Translations under genes and position numbers: made by a program
The notes under the pieces: model-generated
Told to the model about the DNA's origin: nothing
The model's database searches: none
The model's input: only the letters and a program-made list of their open reading frames with translations
Sequence record: NC_031127.1
Strand: one strand, 5' to 3'
DNA length: 64,000 bases
Shown here: piece after piece, positions 53,872-62,853 of the stretch
Numbering within the stretch: the first letter of the stretch is position 1
Layout: each line of letters begins with the position of its first letter

Positions 53872-55113
53872 ATGGCAGAAAAAACTGTTGAGACGAGTGT
53901 CATCTCGTTTCTCTCTAAATTCCCAGACCTGTTTCGGCAGCGTGCCGACTCGCTGGAAGAGTTCAACCAGATTCTGTATAACGAATACACTACGCTTGTT
54001 GAACAGTCGCTTTTAGGCGTTGATTACCTGCCAGGCATTCTGGATAAGTTGCAGATACTGCTGGCCGCTAACCAATTAACTGCCATCTCCCTGCTGATTG
54101 GCGTGCCTGAGGTGGATGTTATTGGAACGCTGGACAAAATCTCCACGCGCCGTAACAGCCTCGATGCCGCCGCCCGTAGCGGTTCCCGTCTGGCCACAAT
54201 GGCTATCGGCGAACGCCGGGGTCGCTTTGGTTTACCGTCATACGATAGCCTCGCCATCGCGGTGGGTGAATCGAGCCGTCGTGGTAGCCGACCGGTGAAC
54301 CAGAACAACCAGTTCAACGGAAACACCGAGGTTACCAACAACAACGACAACAGCCGTACTGAGAACTTTAACTCGACCACCAACAACTACGACAGCAAAG
54401 CGGGTAAAGTGGCCTCTACGCTACCGACCAACTTCATGAAGCAGATGATGGAGCAGGAAGGTCTGGCGGGTGGTAAGGTGTTCAGCGCGACCTTTGAACG
54501 TAACGGGAACAAAACCGAAGTGCCGATGCGTCTGCGCCTCGATGTGAAGTCTGTGCCGACTGACGGCATGGAAACCCTGATTGCGTTTGCCTCCGAACAG
54601 AAAGACTTCTGGGAGCGTTACATCCGTCTGCAACACAAAGGCGATCGTAACGGGGGTTGGCTGGATAAACTGGCGGCTGCAAAAGACCTCGCGTTCTCTA
54701 ACGACCTGATGGAAGAGTACCGTAAGAATCGCTACCGCGATAAGACGGGCTACTACACCAAGATGATGGAGAAGCGCAACGGTAACTGGCTGTCTGGTCT
54801 GTTGACCCTGTCGCCGTCTATCAACAACGCCTCTGGTGTGATGGTGGTCTCTCAGGAAACCATCGATGGTCTGGAAGCACAGCTCGGCGGTAGCTTCGAA
54901 GACTTCAACGTGCGTCAGCGCGTGTTCCAAGATACCCTGACCGTTTACTACGTCGTGGTTGATACAACGTGGAACCGTGTGACCATCTACACCCGTGGCC
55001 TGAACGGCTCGCAGGAACTGGATAAGTCTGACTTCTCCAAATCGAAATCTGGTGCGGCTGATGTGAACAAAATCATCGAAGCCTACCGCTCTGGCGCACA
55101 GCCGGTTCTTTAA
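53872..55113 (+). CDS. virion (head) structural protein
   Basis: 413 aa, GGAG SD, AVGES site, Asn-rich linker. Confidence 0.7.
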   Translation: MAEKTVETSVISFLSKFPDLFRQRADSLEEFNQILYNEYTTLVEQSLLGVDYLPGILDKLQILLAANQLTAISLLIGVPEVDVIGTLDKISTRRNSLDAAARSGSRLATMAIGERRGRFGLPSYDSLAIAVGESSRRGSRPVNQNNQFNGNTEVTNNNDNSRTENFNSTTNNYDSKAGKVASTLPTNFMKQMMEQEGLAGGKVFSATFERNGNKTEVPMRLRLDVKSVPTDGMETLIAFASEQKDFWERYIRLQHKGDRNGGWLDKLAAAKDLAFSNDLMEEYRKNRYRDKTGYYTKMMEKRNGNWLSGLLTLSPSINNASGVMVVSQETIDGLEAQLGGSFEDFNVRQRVFQDTLTVYYVVVDTTWNRVTIYTRGLNGSQELDKSDFSKSKSGAADVNKIIEAYRSGAQPVL

Positions 55114-55124
55114 GGGGTTTAGCA

Positions 55125-56060
55125 ATGCCTATTCCAAATATGCTGTCGGTGCTCTTACCGAGCTTCGAAGCAACGAATCTGAAAAACACGCTGAACGCAA
55201 ACTGCGACGCCATCAGTGAATCACTGCTGCCACAGTTTGAAAACCTGCGTGACCTGGTCGGTACTGAACAGGGCAAACCATTCATCTCCAAGCCGGTGCA
55301 AACACTGAGCGAAGAGTTGGTAAAAATGTTGCGCAGCTCTGGCCTCGAAGTCAAAGGTCTGCGTGACCCATCCGCACTGGAATATATCGTCGCTGCCATG
55401 CGTAACACGCTGGAACTGCGTCCGTTTATTGAACAGTGCATTAACCGTGACATCGGTAAGCAGGTTGTGACTGCTTCACTGACGTTCAACAAATCCACGC
55501 TCCTTCAATTACTGGACCTCATTAACTTCTTTGTTCTTTACAGCGGTACGCTCGTAAACTACATCACCGCCGAAGAACTCGGCGCGGTGAAAGACTCGAA
55601 CATTGCAGTGAAAGGTATCGGTCCAAACGATTTGCAGTACCTCCATGTTCGCATGGTAACGTACGGCATCGCTTGTCGTGTTCTGGCTACGCCTCAGTCG
55701 AAGCTCAAAGCAGACTATGCGGAAATCCCGGAAGCGGTATTTGATGAAGACACCTACAATGATCTGGTTAAGTCTTTCGGCTCGAAAGCGACCGATCCGT
55801 TGGGTCTCTCCGCAGTACCATTCCCGCTGACCATCATTTATCGGATTAATCTGTCGTGGAACGAATGGCAGATGGACAACTACGATGAAGTGTGTGAAGC
55901 GGCGAAAGCAGCCGAGTACCGTATCTTACTGTTCAAGAAACAGCAAGCGGAAGGTAAAGGCGACGCGGCGTTGGAAATCCTTATCGAGAAACACGAGAAG
56001 CGTCTGGATTCCCTGAAACGCAAACGCGAACGTCTGGCGAAAAAGAACGGTCTCGAATAA
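55125..56060 (+). CDS. virion (head) structural protein
   Basis: 311 aa, C-terminal coiled coil, structural operon. Confidence 0.7.
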   Translation: MPIPNMLSVLLPSFEATNLKNTLNANCDAISESLLPQFENLRDLVGTEQGKPFISKPVQTLSEELVKMLRSSGLEVKGLRDPSALEYIVAAMRNTLELRPFIEQCINRDIGKQVVTASLTFNKSTLLQLLDLINFFVLYSGTLVNYITAEELGAVKDSNIAVKGIGPNDLQYLHVRMVTYGIACRVLATPQSKLKADYAEIPEAVFDEDTYNDLVKSFGSKATDPLGLSAVPFPLTIIYRINLSWNEWQMDNYDEVCEAAKAAEYRILLFKKQQAEGKGDAALEILIEKHEKRLDSLKRKRERLAKKNGLE

Positions 56061-56075
56061 CAACAGGAGAGACTG

Positions 56076-56636
56076 ATGAACCCGATTAACAATCCCGACT
56101 TTAACGTGGCCGAACGCCTCGTTAAACGTTACATGGCCAAACTGTCCGAGAACCCGACAGAAGTCCATGATGATGACCTCATTCATGAGACGCTGACCGC
56201 GGCAGCCGTTATCCTGCCTTACTTCCGGCTCTTAGCCGCGGAGTCTGTGCAACAGGTATTATATGACGAATTTCCACAAATCGGTTTTACGTTTAATACG
56301 TTTTACAATGAAACAGTTGCGTTTGTTGTAGACGGAAAGAAACGTCCAACCAATGTCGGTACCTGGTCTGTGCTGATGTCGACGTACATGAATGATGTAC
56401 ACGGCACCAAATACGTTCAGGAGAAAGGCAGCTTGGGCTCGCGTATGATGTCTGCCGCTTTCGGTCAGGCTGGTAAAGTTCGTAACATGGGCACGCAACA
56501 CCAATCCATGCAACCGGATACTCGCCTCTTATCTTATGCAGACCACGAACTGCTTGCGCGGTGGATGACACGTACTAACGGATTGTCCGATATGATTATG
56601 TCGCTGGCAGTATTCTTGAAAATCGCACGTCCCTAA
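56076..56636 (+). CDS. probable virion protein
   Basis: 186 aa, AGGAG SD. Confidence 0.7.
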   Translation: MNPINNPDFNVAERLVKRYMAKLSENPTEVHDDDLIHETLTAAAVILPYFRLLAAESVQQVLYDEFPQIGFTFNTFYNETVAFVVDGKKRPTNVGTWSVLMSTYMNDVHGTKYVQEKGSLGSRMMSAAFGQAGKVRNMGTQHQSMQPDTRLLSYADHELLARWMTRTNGLSDMIMSLAVFLKIARP

Positions 56637-56693
56637 GGGGGCCCCTTTCTAGGGGCGTGTAATTCGGTTATAACCAAACAGGAACTAGAACAA

Positions 56694-58022
56694 ATGGCAA
56701 ATTTTGCACAACGCAGAGCTGCTCGTGAAAGCATCGAAAACACCGAACCGGGTGAAATCGACGGCCTGTCTAACGTAGAACCGGGTGTAGAAAACCTGGA
56801 TACCCAACTGGCTGAAATGGCATCGGAAGATGCACAGCTGGAAGGTCTGGCTGGCGATCAGGATACCCTGGGCGCGGACACCGCACGTACTGAAGACGCT
56901 ATCGACGATGCGCAAGACGCAATCGATAACGGCGAAGAACAAGCTGAAGAGTCTATTGCCCACACCGAAGTGGCGCAAGAGTCTATCCGCCGTCGTTGGG
57001 GTATCGACCGCACCAAACTGGCACGCGAAAGCTTCCGCCGTGGTCGTGGCATGACTGCCGCTGCGCAGGAAGGCTGGAAAGAAACCCTGAAAGATCTGTG
57101 GAAACGTTTCCTTGAGCTGATCAAGTCAATCGTTAACAAGATCAAAGAGCTGAAACTCAAGTACATCAACGTGGGTAAAACTGCGCAGAGCCGTGCTAAG
57201 AAGTATCAGGCTGCAATCAAAAACCTGGGCAGCAAAAAGACCAAAGATGAAATCGGCGGTAGCTGGATCAGCAAACTGTCCATCGAAGGCGCTTTCAACG
57301 TTGACGGTTCTATCGGCATCGCGAAAGAAGTTACTCAGGGCAAAGCCAAAGGCGCGATCGCTGCAATGACCAAACAGGCCGATGCAGCTGCAACCTACGT
57401 CGTGAAAGCGGCTGACGGTGAAGTGTCTGCGTCTAAAGCCTCTGGCGGTTCTTCTGCTTCTGGTCCGGGTGTAATGCTGGCGTCTGACGCACCGACTTAC
57501 GACAAAATCGAACTGTTCGGTACTGCGGCTACCAAACTTCAGAATCTGGAAGAGTTCGCCGATGGCGAATACCAGAAACTGCAAGCCCTGCCGGGCAACG
57601 CCTACATTCAGGCCGGTAACAAGAAACTGGCTGGCGGCGTAGACTTTGCTGCTATCGGTTTCATGACCACTGGCGATGCGACCGAAGACAAACAGGTTGC
57701 AACTCCTGAGCTGGGTAAACTGACTGCCGCTGCACAGGGTCTGGATGCGATCGGTAAAGGTTTCGAGAAAGTCCTGCAAGACTTCCGTACCTTCGATAGC
57801 GAAGTTGAGAAACTGCAACGCGCTGCTGAGAAAGCATCTGGTGCTGTAGATAAAGCTGACGACGCGAACCGCGAAGCGCTGCAATCTGCACGTACTGCTG
57901 CTGACCAGTCTGTGAAGAACTATCAGGTTCTGAACCGCGCTGTGGCTTACGTTGCTAACACCGTAATCGCTGGCCTGAACGGCTACATCGGTGCTGGTAT
58001 CGGTGCGTACGGTAAGAAGTAA
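56694..58022 (+). CDS. abundant internal head/ejection protein (SPN3US gp53 / phiKZ gp93 family)
   Basis: Acidic propeptide with A-x-E sites (ARE, AQE), then GWKETLKDLWKRF helix; strong codon bias. Confidence 0.8.
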   Translation: MANFAQRRAARESIENTEPGEIDGLSNVEPGVENLDTQLAEMASEDAQLEGLAGDQDTLGADTARTEDAIDDAQDAIDNGEEQAEESIAHTEVAQESIRRRWGIDRTKLARESFRRGRGMTAAAQEGWKETLKDLWKRFLELIKSIVNKIKELKLKYINVGKTAQSRAKKYQAAIKNLGSKKTKDEIGGSWISKLSIEGAFNVDGSIGIAKEVTQGKAKGAIAAMTKQADAAATYVVKAADGEVSASKASGGSSASGPGVMLASDAPTYDKIELFGTAATKLQNLEEFADGEYQKLQALPGNAYIQAGNKKLAGGVDFAAIGFMTTGDATEDKQVATPELGKLTAAAQGLDAIGKGFEKVLQDFRTFDSEVEKLQRAAEKASGAVDKADDANREALQSARTAADQSVKNYQVLNRAVAYVANTVIAGLNGYIGAGIGAYGKK

Positions 58023-58098
58023 GCCTTCTTAACCCGTAAACGACCCGACGTTAATCATTGAGGTGGGGCACGCTGCCCCACCTAGAGGAAAAGTGAAA

Positions 58099-59379
58099 AT
58101 GGCAAACTTTGCACAAAAACGCGCTGCTCGCGAATCCATCGAAGGCACCGGTACTGTTGTTCCGGATGGCCTGGAGCTGCCAGCAGAATCGGTTGAAGGT
58201 ATTCTGGCCGAGCTGGCTGAGAAAGAACGTGATATCGATACCACCGACTCTGAGCACGATGTGCTGATTGAAGATGGTAACGAAACTGATGCGCAGCTGG
58301 ACGCGGTAGACGCGGCTGACGACGCAGCAGCAGAACCGGCCGACGACAAAATGGAAGCGGAAGAAGACATGCCTGACGAAGCAGCGGAAGCGCTGGACGT
58401 TGCGCAGGAATCTATCCGTCGCCGTTGGGGCTTCGACCACCGTACCAGCGTAGCGCGCGAAAGCTACGGCAGCCGTAACCGTCGTAGCGTAGCCCGTGAA
58501 AGCCTGTGGGAAGACATCAAAGCCTTCCTGAAGCGTGCGTGGGAATGGCTGAAAGAGCAGGGTCGTAAGATCAAAGACCGCTGGCTGAAATTCAGCAACC
58601 AGGGTAAATCTGTTCAGGGTCGTTCTAAGAAGTTCGGCGAGCAGATCAAAAACCTCGGCAAGCAGAAGTCTGGTAAAGACAAACTGTCTGGCGGCTTTAT
58701 CAAAGATCTGACCATCGCAGGTAAATTCGAAGGCACCAACACTGCTGCTATCGATGCTGTGTTTACTAAACACGGTGACTACGCGAAACTTCAGGACGGG
58801 GTTCTGGGTGAGATGACCAGTGCGGTTGATGAGATGGCCAACGCGTCTGAAGCTGACTTCGCCAAAACTGGTAAGACTGCGAAAGAGCTGGCTACCCTCA
58901 TGTCCTCTGATATCAAAGGCGAGCAGCAGCTGTTCGGCAACCAGGTCTTCAAAGTGGACGTCGAAGTGTCTGATGAAGGTGAAAGCTTCGAAGTGAGCAC
59001 CACCGTTGTTGAAGCTGATCACAGCGTAGAGAGCGATATCTCTACCCCGTCTGTTGCTCAACTGTCTACAGTCAACACCTTCTTCAACAAAGTCGGTGTG
59101 GAGATCGAGAAGAAGGTTAAAGCGTATCACGCAACTAACCAGAAACGCGATCGCTACGAAGCGGCCATCGAGAAACTGCTGAAGAAAGTCGACGGCGTGA
59201 AAATCGATGCTGAAAACGGCGAATTCTCCAAGTGTGTCCGTCTGATCCGTAAGATGATCGGTGCGACTAACCAGTTCCTGGGTGCTGCTGAGCGTGCCGA
59301 TGCTTCTAACACCAAGAACATCGTCTCCGGTCTGAACGGCCTGCTGGTTGCTGGTATCGCGGCTTACGAGAAAAAGTAA
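58099..59379 (+). CDS. internal head/ejection protein paralog (SPN3US gp54-like)
   Basis: MANFAQKRAARES and AQESIRRRWG shared with the upstream gene; GAGGA SD before ATG 58099. Confidence 0.8.
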   Translation: MANFAQKRAARESIEGTGTVVPDGLELPAESVEGILAELAEKERDIDTTDSEHDVLIEDGNETDAQLDAVDAADDAAAEPADDKMEAEEDMPDEAAEALDVAQESIRRRWGFDHRTSVARESYGSRNRRSVARESLWEDIKAFLKRAWEWLKEQGRKIKDRWLKFSNQGKSVQGRSKKFGEQIKNLGKQKSGKDKLSGGFIKDLTIAGKFEGTNTAAIDAVFTKHGDYAKLQDGVLGEMTSAVDEMANASEADFAKTGKTAKELATLMSSDIKGEQQLFGNQVFKVDVEVSDEGESFEVSTTVVEADHSVESDISTPSVAQLSTVNTFFNKVGVEIEKKVKAYHATNQKRDRYEAAIEKLLKKVDGVKIDAENGEFSKCVRLIRKMIGATNQFLGAAERADASNTKNIVSGLNGLLVAGIAAYEKK

Positions 59380-59400
59380 GTTAGTGTGCTGACACAGATT

Positions 59401-59434
59401 ACCCTACTCCTTCGGGAGTAGGGTTTTCTTTTTT
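59401..59434 (+). terminator. intrinsic terminator
   Basis: ACCCTACTCC-TTCG-GGAGTAGGGT + T tract. Confidence 0.8.
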
Positions 59435-59456
59435 TATTTTAAAAAGTTTTCAGATA

Positions 59457-59472
59457 GATATTATCCTAGTGA
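59457..59472 (+). promoter_or_regulatory. early-type phage promoter
   Basis: GATATTATCCTAGTGA. Confidence 0.65.
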
Positions 59473-59505
59473 CTATTCATCCTATTCACCTTTAAGGAGT
59501 ATCAA

Positions 59506-60138
59506 ATGCAGAAAACAAACCGCCACACCCTCACCGTAAATATTGGCGTGTACCAGAATCCCAAAGTGCGCTATAACCGCCGTGAAGATAAAGTCTCAGT
59601 AACGTCTGGCAAGGCGGAGTTCGTGTGTAGCTATCTCGAATTCTACGCGTTGCTGATGTGGGCACGTCTGTGCTACCACGAAGAAGAACAGATGGCCTTC
59701 GTTGCCGGTAACACCCGTTATGAATTAGACCCGCCGTACGGCACCACACATCGTGACCGTATCAAAGGTCTGCTGGACGCTGCCAAAGGCTTCCTGCCGA
59801 TGCCAACGGATGAACCCGCAACGTATACGTGGGATGACGAAATCATCTACGGTAGCGATTTAGAGCACCTCTATCTGCGTAAGTCGGTCGACTCATGGCG
59901 TCCGGTGTTTGCGCTGCGTGTCACTTTACCGAAGACCCTGAAGCGTGACGATGGTTTAGCCCTGTACCATCAGGCGAAAGAGACCATCAACGAAGGGCGT
60001 GCCCTGCCCGCCGGTACCGAAGACATCAGCATCATCTACCCGAAAGAAGATGCGAAGTCGCCGACATACCGCGGCATCAATAACCGGAAAATCTTTGAAG
60101 AGTTTTCTGGGGTACCTGTGCCAAACGCACCGGTCTAA
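59506..60138 (+). CDS. hypothetical early protein
   Basis: 210 aa, AAGGAG SD, own promoter and terminator. Confidence 0.82.
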   Translation: MQKTNRHTLTVNIGVYQNPKVRYNRREDKVSVTSGKAEFVCSYLEFYALLMWARLCYHEEEQMAFVAGNTRYELDPPYGTTHRDRIKGLLDAAKGFLPMPTDEPATYTWDDEIIYGSDLEHLYLRKSVDSWRPVFALRVTLPKTLKRDDGLALYHQAKETINEGRALPAGTEDISIIYPKEDAKSPTYRGINNRKIFEEFSGVPVPNAPV

Positions 60139-60143
60139 AAGGC

Positions 60144-60177
60144 TACCCCACCTTCGGGTGGGGTGCTCTTTCTTTTT
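60144..60177 (+). terminator. intrinsic terminator
   Basis: ACCCCACC-TTCG-GGTGGGGT + T tract. Confidence 0.75.
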
Positions 60178-60303
60178 TACAAATCCCCTTTTGGTTATGC
60201 GAGGGGGTAGGCCCTTTTATGTCTTTGGCCGATCGATCGGCGCTTGTCGTTCAGACAAGCTGCCTTATTGCTGTTGACCTTTATCGAGAATCGAGGAACA
60301 CGT

Positions 60304-60669
60304 ATGTTGGAAACAACCAGCTTTGCTTTTAAAATGGAAACCATCATCCACCCGGTGATGGTATTCAAATCGCCTACCCGCCCCCAAATCAAGCTGTTTG
60401 TCATGCTGGAAGATTTGGAAGCGGCACTCCTCGAACTGGGGAGTCGTGATTATCGCGGCCCTATCACTATCCGACTGGCTACGCCGTTCTACGGCAAGGA
60501 GACGTACGCCAACAGTCGAATGGATGGGATTGTGTTCGATGTGGAACACCGTACCGTTTCCACTGCGGTGATTACTGACAGTGTTGAGCTGTTTACATTC
60601 TCCCGCAGAACGTTCACCACGTACCTGCGTGAACTTATCAAAGAAATCAATAAGGATAAACAATCATGA
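60304..60669 (+). CDS. hypothetical protein
   Basis: GAGGA SD before ATG 60304 (MLETTSF). Confidence 0.7.
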   Translation: MLETTSFAFKMETIIHPVMVFKSPTRPQIKLFVMLEDLEAALLELGSRDYRGPITIRLATPFYGKETYANSRMDGIVFDVEHRTVSTAVITDSVELFTFSRRTFTTYLRELIKEINKDKQS

Positions 60670-61208
60670 AGTTGAGTATCATTGCTGCGACCGACCGTAA
60701 GAACGCCATTGGTAAAGAGAACACGCTCCCGTGGCGTTTACCGGCTGACCTCAAGAACTTCAAAGCCTTGACCGACGGCAAGCTCATCATCATGGGGCGT
60801 AAGACGTGGGAATCGCTCGGTTCCAAGTCCCTGCCCAACCGCCAGTCCATCGTCATTACCCGTGACCATACGCGCGTAACGGAAAACAGTCCTAACAACG
60901 AACGCGGTGTGATTATCGCCCCTAACCTTGCGGATGCGATTGGTTGTGCAGAAGCACTGGTCAAACAAGGGACGTACCCGGACGAAGTGTTCATCATTGG
61001 CGGGTCTGAAGTCTATCACCAGACCATCAAAAAAGCTGACCGCATTTACGTCAGTCGGGTGGACACGGTGGTGGAAGGGGCAGATGCGTTCTTCCCGGAT
61101 ATCGACCGTGATTATTATCAGCAGTCTATGTCGGTTCGTCACCTGAAAGACGATGCAGGTAACACGTACGACTGGCATTACCAAATCTGGGACAAGATTA
61201 GGGGTTAA
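60666..61208 (+). CDS. folA: dihydrofolate reductase
   Basis: IGKENTLPWRLPADLKNFK, IMGRKTWESL...LPNRQSIVIT, IIGGSEVY, DAFFP. Confidence 0.96.
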   Translation: MKLSIIAATDRKNAIGKENTLPWRLPADLKNFKALTDGKLIIMGRKTWESLGSKSLPNRQSIVITRDHTRVTENSPNNERGVIIAPNLADAIGCAEALVKQGTYPDEVFIIGGSEVYHQTIKKADRIYVSRVDTVVEGADAFFPDIDRDYYQQSMSVRHLKDDAGNTYDWHYQIWDKIRG

Positions 61209-61228
61209 TTACAAACCCTTCTAAAAAG

Positions 61229-61258
61229 TGGGGAGCTTCGGCTCCCTGTTTTTTTTTT
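61229..61258 (+). terminator. intrinsic terminator
   Basis: GGGAGC-TTCG-GCTCCC + long T run. Confidence 0.78.
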
Positions 61259-61326
61259 GCATTTGCGTTCAGTGATATGTATAAGCACAAGCAATGGCCA
61301 CCATGTGGACGGCCTGAGGGGATGAA

Positions 61327-62853
61327 ATGCAACAGTATTTCGAAGTGCCGTCACTTGATGTGACCATCCGCAAGGCGGTTATTGACGGCATCGTCTATCG
61401 ATTATTAAACGAATCGGGGATGGACAAGTCCGACGCAGTCTTCTTAGACTCGTTCAACACAGCCCACCAACCCGGCTCGACGCTCGGTGATGCAACCGAT
61501 GTGGAATACGCCTCGACTGACCGCGTCTATGTTGAAGTGGACGAAGAACGTGATGAAATGGCACGCATCAATCGCGGTGTGGGTCTGAACATTGAACTGC
61601 CGTTCTTCCACGATGAAACCAACGGTATTAAAGCGTGGCCGATTCGTACCAAATACAAAGTCACCATCACCTTCCGCCGTAACGCCCAGTCTGAGGACGA
61701 ACTGTTACGTTGGACAAACCGTTTGAACAGTTTACTGGACATGGGTCGCTATTCATTAGTGACGGAGTCCGAAGCTTACTTCGTGATTCCCAAACCCCTG
61801 TTCAATCTGCTGAATGCCTGCTGGGTCGCTTCTGAAACCCGTGTGCCCGCGTATCCTACATTTAAGGAATATCTGGCCGCCAACTTCGAAGAGACGGTTG
61901 GGGTAGTGGCCAACGACAGTGGCGGCCAGCAAACGCTGATGGTGCGGTATTCACCGACCCGCGTCGAGATGGTGTACGATGTTAACCCACCGGCATGGAG
62001 TAAGGAAGATAATCACTACGAAGCCACAATGACCGCGAGCTTCGAATATGACCGCCCGGAAGAAGTCGGGTGTGTCTATCCGTACATCATCAATCAGACA
62101 CCGTTGCCGGATGCCTACTTCCCGCAAATCGATCCGCCGTGGATGGAAAACGAAGACGGTGTCGAACGCAGCGAAGTGCAGACATCCTTTGACGGTACGT
62201 GGTGGCAGAATGAACGCCGTCAGTTGATTCGACTGCCTTACCTGTTGTGTCCACCAGAACAACTCCACCGTGTCCATTCGCCGTTAGAGGCAAAGCTTCT
62301 GCGGATGTTCGGTACCGATGTGTGTTTCGGTGAGGAGAACATGTCGAACCCGGTGGTGATGTCAACCTCTGACTTGCCGTATGAGTGGAACCCGGTACTG
62401 CTGCCGTACATCGAGCACTGCCGCACGATTGACCCGACGGGGATGACGGGTGTGTTCCGTACCGAGCTGTTTGAAAACGGTTTACGTATCGAACCCCGGT
62501 TGTACCACTGGCAGGATGATGAGTTCTCCTTAACCCGTGAGATGGATGTGCACAAAGCCTACTTCCTGACCGAGTCAGTGATTTACGACTGGCGGGGATT
62601 AGACCTCTGGCCGCTCCAGAAATACCCGAAGGCCGCAGAGCTGCTCATCAAGTGGTTGTTCCCGAATCTGGACTTCCCGGATTGGTGGTGGGACTTACCG
62701 ACGCTCCCGCCGAGTGCGTGGGAAGAGATAGAAGACAAAACCACCCAAGACGAGACCGGTGCAGGCACCAACCGCAAGCATTTGCTACTGACTGTCTTTA
62801 ACACCACCATCATTGCAATACGAGGTACTTCGAATGCTGCAAGCGAAGGGTAA
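61327..62853 (+). CDS. virion structural protein (possible neck/head-tail completion)
   Basis: 508 aa, GAGG SD, preceded by TATG; function inferred from context only. Confidence 0.55.
   Translation: MQQYFEVPSLDVTIRKAVIDGIVYRLLNESGMDKSDAVFLDSFNTAHQPGSTLGDATDVEYASTDRVYVEVDEERDEMARINRGVGLNIELPFFHDETNGIKAWPIRTKYKVTITFRRNAQSEDELLRWTNRLNSLLDMGRYSLVTESEAYFVIPKPLFNLLNACWVASETRVPAYPTFKEYLAANFEETVGVVANDSGGQQTLMVRYSPTRVEMVYDVNPPAWSKEDNHYEATMTASFEYDRPEEVGCVYPYIINQTPLPDAYFPQIDPPWMENEDGVERSEVQTSFDGTWWQNERRQLIRLPYLLCPPEQLHRVHSPLEAKLLRMFGTDVCFGEENMSNPVVMSTSDLPYEWNPVLLPYIEHCRTIDPTGMTGVFRTELFENGLRIEPRLYHWQDDEFSLTREMDVHKAYFLTESVIYDWRGLDLWPLQKYPKAAELLIKWLFPNLDFPDWWWDLPTLPPSAWEEIEDKTTQDETGAGTNRKHLLLTVFNTTIIAIRGTSNAASEG

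Noticed and set aside
57126-59130. Long minus-strand ORFs (252 and 359 aa) over the ejection-protein genes
   Set aside because: Same shadow effect; the + strand genes have SD sites, paralogy and processing motifs
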